Below, one piece after another: positions 44,333-48,083 of a stretch of 48,083 nucleotides of DNA. Position 1 is the first letter of the stretch; the number at the start of each line of letters is the position of its first letter. The notes beneath the pieces are model-generated. The model searched no databases. It saw only the letters and a program-made list of their open reading frames with translations, and was not told the DNA's origin. A program made the translations under genes and the position numbers. This DNA is from Puniceicoccales bacterium (GTDB lineage Bacteria; Verrucomicrobiota; Verrucomicrobiia; Opitutales; LL51): assembly GCA_031284165.1 (NCBI GenBank), contig JAITAK010000052.1:1-48083 (forward strand), in the 5' to 3' direction.

Positions 44333-44369
44333 GAGAGCAGAGTGAGATAGAACTTTAATTTCTATGTTA

Positions 44370-44410
44370 CTTGCCCGGAGCAAAACACTGGGCAAGCGAC
44401 ATATTTTTTA
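44370..44410 (+). terminator. Intrinsic terminator candidate after ppdK
   Basis: cttgccc (44370-44376) pairs with gggcaag (44390-44396). The stem is followed by cgacatatttttta. It lies between the convergent ppdK and murA genes. Confidence 0.5.
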
Positions 44411-44415
44411 TATCA

Positions 44416-45780
44416 TTAATAAGAGTTTTTAGAAAAAGGGCGAAAATCGCTTTCCGTCTCAGGAACAGCAATGATAATAGGTTGGGGTGTAGTGTTTTCG
44501 ATAAAGGATATTTTGGTTTCCCGCTGAATAGAAGCTCCTAACGCGCTGAGTTTTGCTTCAAAGTGTTCGTAACCACGATCGATATAATCCGCCCGCCCAA
44601 TAACTGTCTCTCCATCCGCAACCAAAGCGGCAAGACACATTGCTGCACCGGCACGGAGATCTGTTGCGACAATCTCGCCACCTTTAAGTTTCTTTTTCCC
44701 TTTGATGGCGATTGCTCCATAACCTACAGTATTGATATCCATTCCCAAACGGCACAAGGCGTCGATATAGGCGAAACGCTCTGGAAAAACGGGGTCATAT
44801 ATTTTGCTAACGCCGTGGATCTGAGAAGCCAGGACCGCTATTTGAGCCTGCAAATCGGTAGGAAACCCGGGATAAGGCGAGGTATGGAGCGTGAACGGCA
44901 GGAGATCTTCCACACGTCGAACGACGAGTTCTTGACCTTCCCAATGGTAGCAGTGTTTTCCATGGGGCAAAATTTTGTGAAAACCGCTAAGGGCTTCACG
45001 TGGAGCGTTGACGATACGTAGCGTATCGCCAAGGAGGAGACCTAGGATGAAAAATGTGCTCGCTTCGATGCGATCGGGAGGAATCGTAAAATCGGCGCCA
45101 TGAAGCGAAGATACCCCGCAAATCCTAAGTTGAGTTGTACCGATGCCTTCAATTTGAGCGCCCATTTGTTTTAGGAATAGGCAGAGGCTGACGATTTCGG
45201 GTTCGCGCGCTGCATCTAAAATCATAGACTCTCCTTGGGCAAGAACAGCTGCTAAAATGGCATTCGCTGTTCCGGTAACGGTAGATCCCCGTGGCCCTCG
45301 CATTGAAAATGTAGCTCCTTTAAGCGATGAGGCATACAAGTAGGTGGCATCTGGTAATTGAGTGATACTAGCGCCTAGGGTTTTGAAAGCACGCAAATGA
45401 ATATCGATAGAACGTTCTCCGAGTTGACATCCTCCAGCGGTACGGACAAAGGCTTTATGGTGGCGCCCAAGCAGGGCGCCCAATAAATAGACCGATGCAC
45501 GTATTTGTTGAGTAAATCCTGAGGACACATCTGTAGCAATGTGTTCAGCAGTGATTGACCAAGTATGATTGTCTACTTGCTTGACCTCGGCGCCGAGATC
45601 CCGGATTAGTTCGAGCATATAAGCGATATCTGTTAATTGAGGAACGTTATAGAAGGTACACGTCTCTTCGCTGAGTAGCGCTGCAGCGAGGATAGGTAAG
45701 CAAGCATTTTTGGATCCGCTAATGGTTACAGTTCCTTTCAGAACCTTTCCTCCGTGTATACTGTTATAATTTAAATCCAT
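44416..45780 (-). CDS. murA: UDP-N-acetylglucosamine 1-carboxyvinyltransferase
   Basis: VTISGSKNACLPILAAALL, the active-site loop RTAGGCQLGERSIDIH (Cys retained), and GFPTDLQAQ. There is a tail of about 35 aa beyond the usual end. Confidence 0.9.
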   Translation of the reverse strand: MDLNYNSIHGGKVLKGTVTISGSKNACLPILAAALLSEETCTFYNVPQLTDIAYMLELIRDLGAEVKQVDNHTWSITAEHIATDVSSGFTQQIRASVYLLGALLGRHHKAFVRTAGGCQLGERSIDIHLRAFKTLGASITQLPDATYLYASSLKGATFSMRGPRGSTVTGTANAILAAVLAQGESMILDAAREPEIVSLCLFLKQMGAQIEGIGTTQLRICGVSSLHGADFTIPPDRIEASTFFILGLLLGDTLRIVNAPREALSGFHKILPHGKHCYHWEGQELVVRRVEDLLPFTLHTSPYPGFPTDLQAQIAVLASQIHGVSKIYDPVFPERFAYIDALCRLGMDINTVGYGAIAIKGKKKLKGGEIVATDLRAGAAMCLAALVADGETVIGRADYIDRGYEHFEAKLSALGASIQRETKISFIENTTPQPIIIAVPETESDFRPFSKNSY

Positions 45781-45786
45781 AGCAAT

Positions 45787-46536
45787 TTAAAAATTACTTT
45801 GAGGAGGCATTGAGCGCCGCCGTCCGTTGCGGTAGTTACGTTTAACGCCATGGGTACCGCAATTTTTGAAATTTGATTTATATTGCCGATGATTAAAAGG
45901 AGTATGGGTTATAGGTTTATCTTCAGATACAGATGCAGATGCGGAGGGGCGATGAGAAGAAGGACAAGAGGCATTAAATCCTAAAAATTTCCATATTTTT
46001 CGAAGAAAGTTCTTAACGGAATATTTTTTTTCCTCATCGCAGGAACAGTGATGAGTACCAGAGTGATTGGCACTCGGAGGTAATTTTTGCTGAAAATCGC
46101 TGCACAACTCGCTTTTTTCATGGGAACTGTCGTTACGACAATGTAGGAAGGCGTTGGTTTTAGGAGGGCGATGGCAATGATCGTCGCGCTGTGTTCTAGG
46201 TACTTTTTGAATAGGGTCACCTACGGTAGCTTTCGATGGATCAAGGACGTCAACGGTTGTCGTTTTAAGCCTATGTTTTCCTTCGGAGGGAATGTAATCT
46301 TCTTCTTCATTGGGAGAAACATCACGGTTTCTACAGGAAGCGATCATTTCATTCCTTTCATGGGAGAGGGCGTCATGGCAATCCTTTGGACCTTCCTGTT
46401 GATTTTTGATCGCAATGCTATCATTAAGAACGCTGGAGGGATCGGTAATTTCGCCCACGAGGGATTTTTTCTTTTGTTTATTGGCCTTTCCTGGAATTCG
46501 GCCACGTTTCAATGGATTAATTTCTTTCTCTAACAT
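45787..46536 (-). CDS. Hypothetical basic His/Cys/Ser/Pro-rich protein (249 aa), probably disordered
   Basis: The ORF has an ATG at 46536 and ends 6 nt before the murA ATG. There is no hydrophobic core and no motif I recognise. Coding status is supported only by length and position. Confidence 0.45.
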   Translation of the reverse strand: MLEKEINPLKRGRIPGKANKQKKKSLVGEITDPSSVLNDSIAIKNQQEGPKDCHDALSHERNEMIASCRNRDVSPNEEEDYIPSEGKHRLKTTTVDVLDPSKATVGDPIQKVPRTQRDDHCHRPPKTNAFLHCRNDSSHEKSELCSDFQQKLPPSANHSGTHHCSCDEEKKYSVKNFLRKIWKFLGFNASCPSSHRPSASASVSEDKPITHTPFNHRQYKSNFKNCGTHGVKRNYRNGRRRSMPPQSNF

Positions 46537-46835
46537 AATTTTATATAAAAAATAGACGGTTACGGTTTGTTACGCTTACTCAACGAGCACAATCATGGAT
46601 ATCGTCACAACTTAATTTTTAGTTATACTTTAGGGTAAGCTAATAACGCGCTGCGAGACGATAAGCATCGTCCTCATGTATTTGCTAAAGATATGGGCGA
46701 AAAGGCAAGAAAATTCTGAATAGTTGTAAATCAATTGCAATTGCCCCAGAAAGTCCTAGAAATCTCGACAAAAACGTTGACAGAGCCGCATATTTAATAT
46801 TGATTTCAGGTTTTCTAAATACAATATTTTGAGCG

Positions 46836-47135
46836 ATGAATAAATTAAAATTGATCAACGAAATTCATAATTTGCTGAACCTAAATGCCGAAGAAACTTC
46901 AGAGCATAAATTCACAAAAGTTTTTGCAGAAAAGGCACTTAACGTTGTTCTCGACGCCATCACCAACGGCATTAAGAAGGATGAGAATGTCCAGGTCGTA
47001 GGATTTGGTACGTTTTCGGTGGTAAAACGGGGAGCCCATAAAGGAGTCAATCCGCGAACAGGGGAAAAAATTGCGATTGCAGCTTCAAAGAATATTAGAT
47101 TTAAGGCGGGGGCTAAGTTAAAGAACATCTTATAA
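46836..47135 (+). CDS. hup: HU/IHF-family nucleoid-associated DNA-binding protein
   Basis: GFGTFSVVKRGAHKGVNPRTGEKIAIAASKNIRFKAGAKLK is the HU beta-arm signature. Length is 99 aa. Confidence 0.88.
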   Translation: MNKLKLINEIHNLLNLNAEETSEHKFTKVFAEKALNVVLDAITNGIKKDENVQVVGFGTFSVVKRGAHKGVNPRTGEKIAIAASKNIRFKAGAKLKNIL

Positions 47136-47283
47136 TTTTTTCGAAAGGTATGCTTTAGATCATGGTCGTAAGTATTTAAAAATAAAAAGGCGTACAGGGG
47201 GTAGGGATTGTGTATTGGATTGGAGCAATCGACAGGGATGAGGATAAGTAAGGGAAAATTTTAAAAAAAAACAAAAAGAATAC

Positions 47284-47311
47284 TTGACGGCAGGGTAATG
47301 AACGCTACATT
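47284..47311 (+). promoter_or_regulatory. rRNA operon promoter candidate with upstream A-tract (UP-like)
   Basis: TTGACG (47284-47289), a 16-nt spacer, then TACATT (47306-47311). It is preceded by aaaattttaaaaaaaaacaaaaagaa (47258-47280). It lies ~330 nt upstream of the 16S 5' end. Confidence 0.4.
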
Positions 47312-47502
47312 GCATCCTAGTGACTCGCAAAACGGGTTTCTAAAAAAGAAGATCGTTTAAAAGTGAGGTCGGGTATTTTTTTCGCATTTAGTTTTTAAGA
47401 AAAACGAAATAGATGCAAAAAAAAGATTGACTTTAAGGAAATGGTTTTCAGATTAGTACTTACATTTTAAGTGAAATTGAAATGGTAAACTGAGGTTTTA
47501 AT

Positions 47503-47548
47503 GTACTCTGAGGAGTACAATAAGAAAATCTCAGAGTGTTCTTTGAAA
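47503..47548 (+). promoter_or_regulatory. rRNA leader antitermination elements: boxB-like hairpin plus boxA-like sequence
   Basis: The hairpin is gtactc-tgag-gagtac (47503-47518). It is followed by tgttctttgaaa (47537-47548), which matches the Gram-positive-type boxA UGUUCUUUGAAA I remember. Confidence 0.5.
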
Positions 47549-47637
47549 GTTATTTGTGCGATTTATTCGGCTTCAGAATAAATTCTAAATATTGAGTAAT
47601 TCCTTATTTTTATAAAATGAAGGACAGACTTTCTTAA

Positions 47638-48083
<446 letters not shown>

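Noticed and set aside
44416-44520. ~35-aa C-terminal extension of MurA (…IQRETKISFIENTTPQPIIIAVPETESDFRPFSKNSY)
   Set aside because: It may be a real lineage-specific tail or simply a late stop codon. I cannot evaluate this without orthologue alignment, and it is not obviously functional.
44538-45032. ORFs 44563-45021 (+), 44538-44720 (-) and 44838-45032 (-) overlapping murA
   Set aside because: They lie in alternative frames or antisense within a strongly supported murA CDS.
46777-46800. TTGACA upstream of the HU gene as a promoter -35 element
   Set aside because: The best -10-like hexamer (TAATAT, 46795-46800) is only 12 nt away. At 16-18 nt spacing there is no acceptable -10. It is not reported as a feature.
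47427-47466. Second rrn promoter (TTGACT at 47427 with upstream A-run)
   Set aside because: The hexamers at 17-18 nt spacing (agatta/gattag) are poor. The TACATT at 47461 is 28 nt away. It is mentioned in a finding but not called as a feature.

Overview
This 48-kb window comes from an AT-rich bacterium. Its partial 16S rRNA (47638-48083) carries PVC/Verrucomicrobia-type signatures. The housekeeping backbone includes mtaB, murE, a GspF-like platform protein, a CNNM/CBS membrane protein, a PpiD-like chaperone and a pseudopilin. It continues with malQ, a MurC-MurB fusion, priA, radC, gpsA, nrdR, der, ppdK, murA, HU and rrs. Host-interaction-type accessory genes are interleaved with this backbone. 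These are two tandem OTU-like cysteine proteases (381-2360), an ankyrin-repeat protein (10.8-12.1 kb), and a class-I type III secretion chaperone with a small coupled ORF (27.2-28.1 kb). The most striking feature is a 14.8-kb co-oriented array (12294-27113). It holds four paralogues of a secreted-protein family I cannot name, flanking a ~2,116-aa coiled-coil giant protein. The paralogues share a conserved N-domain of about 380 aa with invariant Cys-Cys and His-His dyads, followed by hypervariable, repeat-rich Lys/Arg/Pro tails. All functional calls come from motif recognition by eye on the supplied translations. No database or structure searches were run. The ORF track uses alternative start codons (TTG), so several starts were re-picked by hand.
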